IMG/VR virus record: IMGVR_UViG_3300033994_001756
Location: 1-64,000 of that record
Direction: 5' to 3' (one strand)
Length of the DNA stretch: 64,000 nt
Source of the DNA: a virus
Program-made: the position numbers and the translations under genes
Notes under the pieces: model-generated
Database searches by the model: none
The model's input: the letters and a program-made list of their open reading frames with translations, nothing else
What the model was told of the DNA's origin: nothing
Shown here: in pieces, positions 46,868 through 58,011 of the stretch
How positions within the stretch are numbered: position 1 is the first letter of the stretch
Layout of the letters: each line of letters starts with the position of its first letter

Positions 46868-47070
46868 GAGCCCAAATAGAAGTTTTAAATCAACCACAAG
46901 TTATCACTATTGCAACTAATACCACTCAAAGATTGTATTTTTTGGGTGATGTTAATGCAAGTAATGCTCAAAGTGGAGCGTTACTACAATATGATGCAAC
47001 TACTCAAACTTGGAATGCAACTAATAAACTAGATGCATCTGGTCTTACTATTGATGCAGGAAACTATTAA
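46864..47070 (+). CDS. small virion/fibre-associated protein
   Basis: L.DV......GALLQYD....W..IDAGNY. Confidence 0.6.
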   Translation: MRAQIEVLNQPQVITIATNTTQRLYFLGDVNASNAQSGALLQYDATTQTWNATNKLDASGLTIDAGNY

Positions 47071-47089
47071 TTTACCATAGGTACAAACC

Positions 47090-48877
47090 ATGTCAACTCT
47101 CATCAAAATAAAAAGATCCAGTACTTCAAATGTTCCAAATTTGGGGCAAGGAGAATTAGGATATTCTTGGGGAACTTCTACTTATACTGATGCACAGAGC
47201 GCATCAGTGACATCCTATGGAAAATTGTTTCTTGGAACTGGAACAGAAACTGGAGGATTAGCAGCAAATATTGAAGCTATTGGAGGAAAATATTTTACTG
47301 ATTTACTAGATCATGGTCATGGAACACTAACTGCAAATTCTGCTGTGATTGTAGATTCCGCAAATAAAATTAATGTTTGGAATGTTGATAATCTTAGACT
47401 AGACGGAAATATTATATCATCTACTAATTCAGATGGAGATATTACAATTTCTCCAAATGGAAATGGGGAAATTGTAATACCAGATAATACATTTTTAACT
47501 TTTGGTACAAGTAAAGATACCAAAATTACATATGATGAATCTACTGATGATAGATTGGAAATTACAGGTGCAGATTGGAATTTTGCAAATGGTGTTGCAA
47601 TTAAAGTCACAGATACCACAACATCAACATCATCTACTACAGGTGCATTAACTGTAACTGGAGGAGTTGGAATTGCAGAAAATTTACATGTAGGTGGAAC
47701 TGCAACTGTTAATACTTTAAGTGTTCTTAATACATTTTCGGTTTCAGATTTAACTGTAACTGCAGATTTAACTGTTCAAGGTGGAGATATTACAGTCTCC
47801 AACTCTGCAACTAATGTAAATATAAGAGATAATACTTCAAATTCATTTTCAATTAAAGAAGGTAATAATAGATACCTTAATATTATCACAACTGATAATT
47901 CAGAACTTATTCAGTTTTCCACTGGAAATGTGGATATCGATAATAATTTAAATGTTGATGGAGGAAGTTTAACTACCGGATCCAATTCATTTAATCTATT
48001 AAATACCACTGCAACTACTATTAATGCATTTGGTGCAGCCACAACAGTAAATTTAGGTACATCATCAACTACTGTAGATTTTGGTGACCTTAGAATAAGA
48101 GGAGCTACTATTTCTGGAGATGCGAATGGACAAACTATTGTAATTGATCCATTTCCGGCTGGAGGTGCATCTGGAGGAGATGTTGTAGTACGAGGAAATT
48201 TAAAAATTAGTGGAACTACAACTACAGTAAATTCAAATTCAATTACTATAAATGATCCAACTATTACATTAGGAGATTCAGTTAGTGACAAAGTACTCGT
48301 AAGTGATGCTTCAAATGGGGCTACAACTTTAACTTTAGATAATACAACTGGATTAAATACTGGTGATTTAATTAGTGGAAATTCAAATATTGTAAATGGA
48401 ACCACTATTACAGTAAATTCAGCAACACAAATTACATTAAGTTCAGCAATTACTGGAGCTATTTCAAGCGGAACTGAGTTTACATTTACTCAGGCAACAG
48501 ATGATAATATGGATCGTGGTATTGAATTCAAATACTACAATCAAAGTTTAAAAACTGGATTTTTTGGATACGATGAATCCGGAGAATCTGAAGACGTTAC
48601 TACATATTATTTTACATACATTCCAGACGCTACAAATAATAGCAGTGTGTTTACTGGAACAAAAGGAAGTGCATATTTCAAGACAGTCAAATTAGATGAT
48701 GGAGTAAATAAAGGAATTCCATTTTTCGATTCATACAAACGACTGACCTCAACTGCAGCCGCAAATATGGCAAGTCCAGGTACTGGGTCTGATGCTACTA
48801 CATCATATCAACTTTTAACCGTAAATAGTTCTGGAGTTCCAGTTTGGACTACAGCTATTGATGGGGGAAGCTACTAG
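47090..48877 (+). CDS. tail fibre-like structural protein
   Basis: IKIKRS...GELGY, TGALTVTGGVGI, GTTTTVNS, IDGGSY. Confidence 0.7.
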   Translation: MSTLIKIKRSSTSNVPNLGQGELGYSWGTSTYTDAQSASVTSYGKLFLGTGTETGGLAANIEAIGGKYFTDLLDHGHGTLTANSAVIVDSANKINVWNVDNLRLDGNIISSTNSDGDITISPNGNGEIVIPDNTFLTFGTSKDTKITYDESTDDRLEITGADWNFANGVAIKVTDTTTSTSSTTGALTVTGGVGIAENLHVGGTATVNTLSVLNTFSVSDLTVTADLTVQGGDITVSNSATNVNIRDNTSNSFSIKEGNNRYLNIITTDNSELIQFSTGNVDIDNNLNVDGGSLTTGSNSFNLLNTTATTINAFGAATTVNLGTSSTTVDFGDLRIRGATISGDANGQTIVIDPFPAGGASGGDVVVRGNLKISGTTTTVNSNSITINDPTITLGDSVSDKVLVSDASNGATTLTLDNTTGLNTGDLISGNSNIVNGTTITVNSATQITLSSAITGAISSGTEFTFTQATDDNMDRGIEFKYYNQSLKTGFFGYDESGESEDVTTYYFTYIPDATNNSSVFTGTKGSAYFKTVKLDDGVNKGIPFFDSYKRLTSTAAANMASPGTGSDATTSYQLLTVNSSGVPVWTTAIDGGSY

Positions 48878-48887
48878 GAGATAAATC

Positions 48888-49100
48888 ATGAATCAAGATG
48901 AATTAAACAATTTATTATCAGTGATGCAAAAGAAAATTAATGAACTGACATCACAAAATATTATGTTTGAGGCTAAAATAATTTACCTCACTAATGTGAT
49001 TAGTAATATGTCTAAACAATCTAACGTTTCAGATGGGGGTTCATTTGATGAACCTTCAGAAACTCAAAAAGAACCAACTAAATCTAGAAGGTCAGCATAA
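48888..49100 (+). CDS. small coiled-coil protein
   Basis: SD GGAG; precedes gp13. Confidence 0.65.
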   Translation: MNQDELNNLLSVMQKKINELTSQNIMFEAKIIYLTNVISNMSKQSNVSDGGSFDEPSETQKEPTKSRRSA

Positions 49101-49921
49101 TGGCAAAACCAAGTAGTAGAGTGCAATTAAAAGAATATTGTCTTCGTAAACTTGGCAAGCCAGTTGTTGAAATCAATGTAGATGATGATCAAGTTGAAGA
49201 TTTAATTGATGATGCCATTCAAATGTTCAATAACAGAGCATTTGATGGTATGGAAAGAATGTACTTAAAGTACAAACTCACTCAAGAAGATATTGATAAT
49301 GGAAAAAAGAGAAATCTTACTACCACTCAAACTGATACCAACGACTCAGATAATTCAAGGACTTTAAGTTTTGAAGAAGGTAGAGGATATTTAACAGTTC
49401 CCGATCACGTTATTGGTGTTCAGGGAATTTTTAAAGTATCTAATGCCTTTGTCAATAACATGTTTGGCTTTAGGTATCAGTTCTTCCTAAATGACTTTTA
49501 TAATTTTTATTCATATGATATTATGAATTATTATATGGTTTTGACATATCTTGAGACATTAGATTTTATGTTAGAAGGAAACAAAGATATTAGATATACT
49601 AAAGTTCAAAATAGACTATATATTGATCTAGATTGGGGTATGCAAACCAAAGATGATTTTATTGTAATAGATTGCTATCGTGCATTAAATCCAAATGATT
49701 TTACTAAAATGTATGATGATATTTGGGTTAAGAAATATACAACTGCATTGATAAAGAAACAGTGGGGACAAAATTTATCAAAGTTTGAAGGCATTCAAAT
49801 GCCAGGTGGAGTAACATTCAATGGTCGCCAGTTATATGATGATGCAGTGCAAGAAATAGATAAATTAGAAGAGAGTTTGATGACGACTTATTCATTACCA
49901 CCACTTGATATGATAGGATAA
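49100..49921 (+). CDS. gp13: neck protein gp13
   Basis: LKEYCLRKLG.PV.EINV, KQWGQNL.KF.G..MPGG. Confidence 0.92.
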   Translation: MAKPSSRVQLKEYCLRKLGKPVVEINVDDDQVEDLIDDAIQMFNNRAFDGMERMYLKYKLTQEDIDNGKKRNLTTTQTDTNDSDNSRTLSFEEGRGYLTVPDHVIGVQGIFKVSNAFVNNMFGFRYQFFLNDFYNFYSYDIMNYYMVLTYLETLDFMLEGNKDIRYTKVQNRLYIDLDWGMQTKDDFIVIDCYRALNPNDFTKMYDDIWVKKYTTALIKKQWGQNLSKFEGIQMPGGVTFNGRQLYDDAVQEIDKLEESLMTTYSLPPLDMIG

Positions 49922-51018
49922 TGAAAAACGTTTACTTTTCCCACGGAACTTCTTCAGAACAAAGACTCTATGAGGATTTGATCATAGAGTCTTTGAAAAT
50001 ATATGGATTTGATGTTTACTATTTGCCAAGAGAGGTTGAAATATCAGATCACTTATTTGGAGAAGATACTTTAGTTAAATTTGATGAAAATTATATGATT
50101 GAAATGTATCTATCAAATTATGAAGGGTTTGCTGGGGAAGGAACATTATTAACTAGATTTGGAGTTAGAATTGCAGAAGAAGCTACATTTATAATCTCAA
50201 AAAGAAGATGGGAAGATTTGACAGATAATTCAAATAATTTAATTACTAATAAAAGACCTAATGAAGGCGATGTAATTTATTTTCCATTGACTAATCAATT
50301 ATTTCAGATTAAATTTGTAGAACACAATAAACCATTTAGGCAATTAGGACAAATTGCAACATATCAGTTGGTTTGTGAAGTCATGGAAGATTCTAGCGAA
50401 AGGCTAGATACTGGAGTATCTGAAATAGATAAAATTAGAAGGTCGGAAGGATACTCAATTACATTCCAGCTTAGCGATGGAATTAAACAGATTAATGTTA
50501 CAAATCAAGGAAATAATTATATTCCAGCGTCCACTATAGTAGCTTTCGGCTCAGTAGGACAAACTGTTATCGCTACTGCATCTGCGACTGTATCTGCTGG
50601 AAAAGTTGTTGCTATAACTGTTACCAATCCTGGACTGGGATATACTACAGTGCCGGGAGTTGCAATTAATGGAGCAGGAACTGGGGCAACTGCACAAGCA
50701 ATATTGGTATCAAAGGGAAATTATTTATATAAAGAAACCGTAATTGGTTCGGTTAGTGGTGCAACTGCAGAAGTAGTACGTTATGATGTTAGTACTAAAC
50801 AACTTGAGCTTATAGATATAATAGGAACATTTGTTGATAATGATTTGTTAATTGGACAATCCAGTGGAGCTGAATGGGCAATTTATTCATTCAGTTCTAT
50901 AGAAAATCAAAATGATGATTTTAATGAAAACAAATGGTTTGAAGACGAAGCAAATGAAATTATTGATTGGTCTGAAAAAAATCCATTCGGTGAATATTCA
51001 AATATGGGAGACTTTTAA
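49921..51018 (+). CDS. gp14: neck/head closure protein gp14
   Basis: EQRL.EDL..ES..IYG.DVYYLPR, RPNEGD.IY.P, E.NPFG. Confidence 0.9.
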   Translation: MKNVYFSHGTSSEQRLYEDLIIESLKIYGFDVYYLPREVEISDHLFGEDTLVKFDENYMIEMYLSNYEGFAGEGTLLTRFGVRIAEEATFIISKRRWEDLTDNSNNLITNKRPNEGDVIYFPLTNQLFQIKFVEHNKPFRQLGQIATYQLVCEVMEDSSERLDTGVSEIDKIRRSEGYSITFQLSDGIKQINVTNQGNNYIPASTIVAFGSVGQTVIATASATVSAGKVVAITVTNPGLGYTTVPGVAINGAGTGATAQAILVSKGNYLYKETVIGSVSGATAEVVRYDVSTKQLELIDIIGTFVDNDLLIGQSSGAEWAIYSFSSIENQNDDFNENKWFEDEANEIIDWSEKNPFGEYSNMGDF

Positions 51019-51815
51019 TGTTAGGCACACATTTTTATAACGAATCTATTCGTAAAACTATTGTTGGATTTGGCACATTATTCAATAATATAGAACTTCG
51101 TCGCAAAGATAAAGATGGAGTTGTTAAACAAACAATTAAGGTTCCTCTTGCATACGGACCCTCAGAAAAATTTATTGCTAGGGTAGAAGCAGAACCAGAT
51201 CTAGACAAAAGAAGACCAACTCAAATTCAATTGCCTAGAATTTCTTTTGAAATGAGATCAATTTCATATGATGCAGGAAGAAAACTCGGTCCAACTCAAA
51301 TATGCAGAACTCCAAAATCTGGAGATACAGAGAAAACATATTCCCATTATTTACCAGTACCATATAATTTAGATTTTGAAGTTGCAATCATCAGCAAAAA
51401 TAATGATGATGCGGTTCAAATTTTAGAACAAATTTTACCATTCTTTCAGCCATATTTTTCAATCACTATCAATATGGTGGCTGAGACAAATGAAAAAAGA
51501 GATATTCCAATTTTATTGAATAATGTTTCTATTCAAGATGACTATGAAGGAGATTTTACACAAAGAAGAACAATCATTTATACTTTAACATTTACTGCTA
51601 AAAGTTATATTTACGGTCCTGTTACTACTTCTGAAGTTATTAAAAAAGTTAACGTTGATATTGGAACTGCCATTGAAGCTAATAGATACGTTACTTATAG
51701 TGTATCGCCAAAAGCTCTTGAAGATTTAAATGATGATGGTCAAATTAATTCTGCAGACGATTTGTTAGTTGAAGCAGATGACAATTTTGGATTTAATGAA
51801 ATTTGGACTCAATAA
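51018..51815 (+). CDS. gp15: tail sheath stabiliser gp15
   Basis: FGTLFN, VPLAYGP..KF, LPRISF, QILEQILPFFQP. Confidence 0.92.
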   Translation: MLGTHFYNESIRKTIVGFGTLFNNIELRRKDKDGVVKQTIKVPLAYGPSEKFIARVEAEPDLDKRRPTQIQLPRISFEMRSISYDAGRKLGPTQICRTPKSGDTEKTYSHYLPVPYNLDFEVAIISKNNDDAVQILEQILPFFQPYFSITINMVAETNEKRDIPILLNNVSIQDDYEGDFTQRRTIIYTLTFTAKSYIYGPVTTSEVIKKVNVDIGTAIEANRYVTYSVSPKALEDLNDDGQINSADDLLVEADDNFGFNEIWTQ

Positions 51816-51817
51816 TT

Positions 51818-52231
51818 ATGCCAACATACGATAACTTAGACGATACTTTTAATATTATTCCTAAAAATTTTGAGGAATCAACTGAAATAGTTGAAGTAGA
51901 TTCTGATTTGGATCATATTGAAGCTGACTATCAGTATAGTAGAAATCAATTATACAAATTAATCCAAAAAGGTCAAAAGGCTATTGATGGCATTATAGAT
52001 GTAGCTTCAGGCAGTGATCATCCAAGAGCCTATGAAGTTGCTTTCCAGGGCATGAAGCATGTCTCAGATATGACTGATAAATTGATTGACCTACAAAAGA
52101 AAATGAAAGCAATTGAAGAAGATGCTCCGCAAAGAGGTCCATCTACGATTAATAATACCATGTTTGTTGGATCTACTGCAGAATTGCAAAAGTTTCTAAA
52201 ACAATCAAAAATAAATAATACAGAAGAATAG
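51818..52231 (+). CDS. gp16: terminase small subunit gp16
   Basis: DY.YSR, HPRAYEV, FVGSTAELQK. Confidence 0.9.
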   Translation: MPTYDNLDDTFNIIPKNFEESTEIVEVDSDLDHIEADYQYSRNQLYKLIQKGQKAIDGIIDVASGSDHPRAYEVAFQGMKHVSDMTDKLIDLQKKMKAIEEDAPQRGPSTINNTMFVGSTAELQKFLKQSKINNTEE

Positions 52232-52241
52232 GAGTATTTTA

Positions 52242-52793
52242 ATGTCTGTACTTAAGGTTGTCCAAAATATTGCTGCGGTGGCGTGTACTGGTGGTAACGC
52301 TACACAGTCCGCTGCAGTAATTGTACGAAGTGGAATTTATCGTTTTACTGCTGATGCTAGTGATGCAATTCATGTAGCATGGGGTGGCAATCCAACTGCG
52401 GTAGATGGGAATGATTTTCATATTCCAAAAGAAAGTTCTGAAATCGTAAAGTGTGCTACTCCAAAAAGAGTAAGAATTACTTCAATCACTAAAGGTGCAA
52501 CCAACACAGTGATGAATATTCCTCTTGATACTGGTACTCCTGGACATCCTTTTGCAGTTGGTGATTATGTAACTCTTACTGGATCTTCCGTTGCTGCATA
52601 CAATACTGGCATTGCACACTTAGCAGTTACAGCAGTTACTGATACTTCAATCACTGTTGCATTAAATTCATCTTCATATGCAGATTTTACTGGAACTGCG
52701 ACTCTTTCAAATTCAATTAAATTTTCCGTAAAGCCTGATGGTAATGGCGCTGCTACAGGACATATCACTGAAGTTCAGATTGTAGGTGGATAA
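52242..52793 (+). CDS. virion-associated hypothetical protein
   Basis: Late promoter AATAAATA 52210; SD GGAG. Confidence 0.65.
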   Translation: MSVLKVVQNIAAVACTGGNATQSAAVIVRSGIYRFTADASDAIHVAWGGNPTAVDGNDFHIPKESSEIVKCATPKRVRITSITKGATNTVMNIPLDTGTPGHPFAVGDYVTLTGSSVAAYNTGIAHLAVTAVTDTSITVALNSSSYADFTGTATLSNSIKFSVKPDGNGAATGHITEVQIVGG

Positions 52794-53551
52794 TGGCACA
52801 CAAAAAAGTTCCAACTGAAAAAGAAATTGCCAAAAAACATGGTGTATCAGTAGATTACGTTATCCGACAAGCTGAAGTCGGATCTACTGTAGAAAGAGAA
52901 CATGTCACAAAGCATGACGAAGCTTACAATATTGCACTTCAGCACATTGCAGAATTTCCAGATTACTACAAGCACTTACTCAAAATGGAAAAGAAACTAA
53001 AAGGGGAATGGAGAAACGGCAAAAAAGCTGTTAAGGAAGAAAAGGAAGAGGTACGTTATTGCCATCTTTGTGAAAAAGAAGAAACTAAATCTCAGTGTTC
53101 ATATGGTCCAAGTGCATGGGAAATGAATTCCAGAAGGATTCTTACCATGAAGGAGGATCATAAAGAAATTGCTTCTGGAAAAATCAAAGATCATGAAGGT
53201 TATATGGCAAAACTTGAGCTAGATCAAATGGAAAGATCTATCGCTATGCTTCGTAAAGTTATTCGTAAATCAGATCAGCAACTACCTGCATGGGTTCAGT
53301 CCAAAATTACCAGAGCTGCCGACTTTGTAGATACTGCTGCAGAGTATCTTGCATCAGATGAAAAAATTAGTGAGGGAAAATCATTTTCACAGTTCATGAA
53401 AGAGGCAAGCTTTGAGATTGGTGTTGGACACAAATCTGCTCAGAAGCAAGCAAAAATTGGAAAACTTGCAGATAAAACTGATAATCCTAACGAAAGGAAG
53501 GTGGCAAACACAATGAGAAAAGGTCCAGAATGGAAAAAACCAACGTTATAA
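52793..53551 (+). CDS. mosaic hypothetical protein (DUF5661-like N-domain)
   Basis: VEREH...IALQH..EFPDYY; LPAWVQSKIT.A.D; internal KSFSQFMKE. Confidence 0.6.
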   Translation: MAHKKVPTEKEIAKKHGVSVDYVIRQAEVGSTVEREHVTKHDEAYNIALQHIAEFPDYYKHLLKMEKKLKGEWRNGKKAVKEEKEEVRYCHLCEKEETKSQCSYGPSAWEMNSRRILTMKEDHKEIASGKIKDHEGYMAKLELDQMERSIAMLRKVIRKSDQQLPAWVQSKITRAADFVDTAAEYLASDEKISEGKSFSQFMKEASFEIGVGHKSAQKQAKIGKLADKTDNPNERKVANTMRKGPEWKKPTL

Positions 53552-53560
53552 TAACATATT

Positions 53561-55237
53561 ATGAGTGAAAGATCTAGTTATAAAGGTAATCCTAACCTAA
53601 AACCTTCTAACGTACAAATACAATTTACTTCTGAACAATTAGAAGAGTATTTAAAGTGTCAAGAGGATCCAATTTATTTTGCTAAAAAATATATCAAAAT
53701 TGTTTCTCTTGACGAAGGTTTGGTCCCATTTAAAATGTGGGACTTTCAGGAAAAATTAATTGATAATTTCCATAAGCATAGATTCAATATTGCGAAGCTT
53801 CCTAGACAAACTGGTAAGTCAACAACTGTTGTATCTTACCTGCTTCACTATGCTCTTTTTAACCCAAACGTAAAAATAGCGATTCTTGCAAACAAAGCGG
53901 AGACCTCAAGGGAACTTCTATCCAGATTGCAGTTATCATATGAAAATCTACCTAAATGGCTACAGCAGGGCGTGGGTTCTTGGAACCGTGGCTCACTGGA
54001 GCTAGAGAACGGATCTAAGATTATTGCTGCCTCTACCTCCTCATCTGCTGTCCGAGGGAACTCATTTAACATCATTTTCTTGGACGAATTTGCGTTCATT
54101 CCAAACCACATTGCAGAGCAGTTCTTCAGTTCTGTATACCCAACCATTTCATCTGGTAAGACAACCAAAGTTATTATCATTTCCACTCCAAATGGAATGA
54201 ACATGTTCTACAAATTCTGGCATGATGCAGAACGAGGAAAGAACAGTTACACCCCTCTTGAAGTTAACTGGTGGGATGTCCCAGGTAGAGATCAGAAGTG
54301 GAAAGAAGAAACTATTGCAAACACTTCTCAAAGACAGTTTGAGCAGGAGTTTGAATGTACCTTCCTAGGATCTGTTGACACTCTTATCAATCCAAATAAA
54401 CTTCGTTCCATGGTGTACGAAGATCCACTAAAGAGAAGTGGAGGATTGGATATCTATGAAGAAGTTATTGAAGGTCATGATTATGTAATGACTGTTGACG
54501 TTGCCAGAGGAGTTGGCAATGATTACTCTGCGTTTGCTGTTGTAGATGTTACTACTATCCCATATAAATTAGTAGCCAAATATAAGAACAATGAGATTAA
54601 ACCAATCTTATTCCCAAACATTATTGATACTGTAGGACGTAATTATAACAACGCTAATGTGTTAGTGGAAGTGAATGATATTGGTGGACAAGTAGCAGAT
54701 ATTCTACAGTTTGATTTGGAATATGATAACTTATTAATGTGTGCAATGAAAGGTCGTGCTGGCCAGATAGTTGGGACTGGATTTTCAAATAAAGCACAGC
54801 TGGGAGTCAAGATGACTAAAGCTGTTAAAAAATATGGCTGTGCTAACCTAAAAGCATTAATTGAAGATGATAAATTATTAATCCCAGATTATGATATTAT
54901 TAGTGAGTTGACCACGTTTATTCAAAAAAGTGATACATTCAATGCAGAAGAAGGTTGCAATGATGACCTTGCGATGTGCTTGGTTATTTTTTCTTGGTTA
55001 GCAACTCAACCTTACTTTAGGGAGCTTACTTCAAATGACGTTAGGAAAAGAATTTTTGAAGATCAAAGAGAGGCTATTGAACAGGATATGGCTCCATTTG
55101 GTTTTATACTGGATGGCTTAACTGATAATGAAACAACTTTTGTAGATACAAAGGGAGACTACTGGACTTCAGCTACAGATAACAAGTGGAATGTAGATGA
55201 ATATGGTGATATGGCTTATATGTGGGAATACAAGTAA
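53561..55237 (+). CDS. gp17: terminase large subunit gp17
   Basis: PRQTGKST, FLDEFAF, ISTPNG, DVARG, DDLAM. Confidence 0.96.
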   Translation: MSERSSYKGNPNLKPSNVQIQFTSEQLEEYLKCQEDPIYFAKKYIKIVSLDEGLVPFKMWDFQEKLIDNFHKHRFNIAKLPRQTGKSTTVVSYLLHYALFNPNVKIAILANKAETSRELLSRLQLSYENLPKWLQQGVGSWNRGSLELENGSKIIAASTSSSAVRGNSFNIIFLDEFAFIPNHIAEQFFSSVYPTISSGKTTKVIIISTPNGMNMFYKFWHDAERGKNSYTPLEVNWWDVPGRDQKWKEETIANTSQRQFEQEFECTFLGSVDTLINPNKLRSMVYEDPLKRSGGLDIYEEVIEGHDYVMTVDVARGVGNDYSAFAVVDVTTIPYKLVAKYKNNEIKPILFPNIIDTVGRNYNNANVLVEVNDIGGQVADILQFDLEYDNLLMCAMKGRAGQIVGTGFSNKAQLGVKMTKAVKKYGCANLKALIEDDKLLIPDYDIISELTTFIQKSDTFNAEEGCNDDLAMCLVIFSWLATQPYFRELTSNDVRKRIFEDQREAIEQDMAPFGFILDGLTDNETTFVDTKGDYWTSATDNKWNVDEYGDMAYMWEYK

Positions 55238-55298
55238 GCTCAAAATGCAAAGATAAATAAATAGTTTTGAGAAAAAAAATCTCATAGAGGTAATAAAC

Positions 55299-57314
55299 AT
55301 GGCGTTTGCTTCACCTGGAGTATCTATCAAGGAAGTTGACTTAACTCCTACAATTAATGTATCCGACCAAAATGTTGGAGCAGTTGTAATTGCTGCTGAA
55401 ACTGGTCCTGTAGATACTGTAACTTTTGTTTCTAGTGAAAAAGAATTAATAGACACATTTGGCAAGCCAAATGACAACAATTATGAGTCTTGGTATGCTG
55501 CATCAACCATTATTCAGTATGGTGGCATTGTAGCAGTAGTAAGACCAACAAGTTCAAATATTGTACTAAGATCTGCATCTGATGCTGGTCTATCTAACTT
55601 TATCATCAAGAGTAAATTTGATTTCGATAATTATACTGGAACTGCATTCAAGTTTGCAGGAAGAAGTGCAGGTTCACTATTCAATTCAATCAAAGTAGTT
55701 GCAGTTGATCACGGTGCAGATCAGATAATTACTTACACTGGTACAGACCCTTCAGTAGTTGCTGGTGATGCAATTAGAATTCTAAATGGTGGAACTCTAC
55801 TTGGCACTGGATGGATTTATAAAGTAGATACTACTGCAAATACTCTTCACATTATCCTAAACGATAGCACTAAGAGAATTCCATCTTCTGGAATTACTAC
55901 TTATAGCATTACAGATAACGCTGGAACTCCTGTAGTATTAGTTGCAGCTGGCGAAATTGGATCTGTAAGCAATACTTACTACGATACTCTAGAATACGCT
56001 TCTGGATTAAAGTGGAGAGATGTAGCACCTCAACCAGGAACATCTTCATCAGTAGCTTCAAAGGGTGGTAGGTTTGATGAAATGCATATTCTTGTTCTCG
56101 ATGAGGACGGAATTATTACAGGTACTCCAAATACAATTCTAGAAAAATATCTATTTGTTTCAAAAGCAAAAGATGCAAGCACTCTAGATGGATCACTAGT
56201 GTACTTCCACACTGCAATTGCAGAAAGATCCAAGTATATATTCCCAGGTTATTCAACTGGTTTAGATTTTATTGGCACTTCTAAAATTGCCCTTGAAGGA
56301 GTAACCAATACAACAATTGGAGAAGCTAATAGTGCAAATAAAGTATTTTCACCAATTCTAAATTCAGGAGTTTCAGTTCTAGGTTTTAGCCTAACAGGTG
56401 GAACTGATTATGATTTTACAACTGATTCAGCTGATATTTCAGCTGCAGTAACTAACGGTTATGAACTCTTTAGAGATTCTGAAACTTTCAATGATATAGA
56501 TTTCTTAATTCCAGGAACCATTAGTGCTGATAGAGCAGCTAAAGTAATTGATATTGCAGAATCAAGAAGAGATTGCGTAGCAGTAATTTCTCCAAGAAGA
56601 TCAGATGTAATTAACAGTTCACCAAGTTCAGTTAAAACTGAAAACATTGTAGATTTCTTTAGTGGAATTGCAAGTAGTTCATTTGCGATGTTTGATTCTG
56701 GATACAAGTACATCTATGATAAGTTTAATGATACTTATCGTTATGTTCCTTGTGCAGCAGATGTTGCAGGTCTTTGTATTAACACCACTATCAACTCAGA
56801 AACTTGGTTCTCTCCAGCAGGTTACAACAGAGGTAACTTAAGAAATGCAACTAAACTTGCATACTCACCAAAGCAAAATGAAAGAGATAGACTTTACACA
56901 AATAGAATTAATCCTATCGTTTCTTTCCCAGGACAAGGAATCGTTTTATTCGGTGATAAGACTGCAATATCTTCTCCTAGTGCTTTTAACAGAATCAATG
57001 TTCGTAGACTCTTCATTGAACTTGAAAGAAACGTTGCTGGATTCTCTAAATTCCAACTGTTTGAAATGAATGATGAAGTAACTAGAAGTTCATTTAAGGC
57101 TGCAGTTGAACCTTACCTAAGAGGTGTCCAAGGTAGAAGAGGAATCTATGACTTCCTTGTAGTTTGTGATGAGACAAATAACACCGCAGATGTTATTGAC
57201 AGAAATGAATTTAATGCTGAAATTTATATTAAGCCTGCAAGAAGTATTAACTTTATCACAATCACCTTTGTTGCTACACGAACTGGCATTTCCTTTGGCG
57301 AACTAACTCAGTAA
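55299..57314 (+). CDS. gp18: tail sheath protein gp18
   Basis: SPGV...EVD, WFSPAG..RG, RINVRRLF. Confidence 0.95.
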   Translation: MAFASPGVSIKEVDLTPTINVSDQNVGAVVIAAETGPVDTVTFVSSEKELIDTFGKPNDNNYESWYAASTIIQYGGIVAVVRPTSSNIVLRSASDAGLSNFIIKSKFDFDNYTGTAFKFAGRSAGSLFNSIKVVAVDHGADQIITYTGTDPSVVAGDAIRILNGGTLLGTGWIYKVDTTANTLHIILNDSTKRIPSSGITTYSITDNAGTPVVLVAAGEIGSVSNTYYDTLEYASGLKWRDVAPQPGTSSSVASKGGRFDEMHILVLDEDGIITGTPNTILEKYLFVSKAKDASTLDGSLVYFHTAIAERSKYIFPGYSTGLDFIGTSKIALEGVTNTTIGEANSANKVFSPILNSGVSVLGFSLTGGTDYDFTTDSADISAAVTNGYELFRDSETFNDIDFLIPGTISADRAAKVIDIAESRRDCVAVISPRRSDVINSSPSSVKTENIVDFFSGIASSSFAMFDSGYKYIYDKFNDTYRYVPCAADVAGLCINTTINSETWFSPAGYNRGNLRNATKLAYSPKQNERDRLYTNRINPIVSFPGQGIVLFGDKTAISSPSAFNRINVRRLFIELERNVAGFSKFQLFEMNDEVTRSSFKAAVEPYLRGVQGRRGIYDFLVVCDETNNTADVIDRNEFNAEIYIKPARSINFITITFVATRTGISFGELTQ

Positions 57315-57346
57315 TTATTCTTTCGTAAACCATCTAGGAGAAAACA

Positions 57347-57979
57347 ATGGCTAAGAGTATTTCAGATTTCAAATCATATTTAAAGAAGGGTGGTGCAAGA
57401 CCTAATCTATTTTTGGTTAGATTAAATTTTCCATCTGACTTAGGGCAAGTTATAGATGTTGGTAACACTGGATCTTCATCTCCAAACTTAACCGCCCAAG
57501 CTGAATTTCTTGTAAAAACTGCACAAATTCCAGCATCAAATATTGGAACTATTGAAGTTCCTTTCCGTGGACGAATGTTGAAAGTTGCTGGAGACAGAAC
57601 TTTTGAACCATGGTCAGTTACAGTAGTAAATGATGGAAATTTTGAAATTCGTAAAGCATTTGAAACATGGTCAAGAGGAATTAATGCCCTAACTGAAAAC
57701 GTATCTCAGCTAGGATATGGTGCAAATGGTGGCGCATCTTACTGTGTTGATATGACAGTATATCAACTAAGCAGAGATGGCATAACACCAACTAGAGGAC
57801 CAGATTCAACTACAGCAGGAACAGATAATCTAGACACAGTTCGTGCGTATAGATTCTATGATGCATGGCCATCTGCAATTTCTTCAATCGATCTATCCTT
57901 TGAAGCAAATGACCAAATTGAAGAGTTCACTGTAGAATTCCAGTATAACTTCTTTGAAGTAACTAAGGATAGAATTTGA
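57347..57979 (+). CDS. gp19: tail tube protein gp19
   Basis: GGARPNLF, VPFRGR..KVAGDRTF, IEEFTVEF. Confidence 0.95.
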   Translation: MAKSISDFKSYLKKGGARPNLFLVRLNFPSDLGQVIDVGNTGSSSPNLTAQAEFLVKTAQIPASNIGTIEVPFRGRMLKVAGDRTFEPWSVTVVNDGNFEIRKAFETWSRGINALTENVSQLGYGANGGASYCVDMTVYQLSRDGITPTRGPDSTTAGTDNLDTVRAYRFYDAWPSAISSIDLSFEANDQIEEFTVEFQYNFFEVTKDRI

Positions 57980-58011
57980 TACTAAATACATAAAAGAGTT
58001 TTAGGATTATT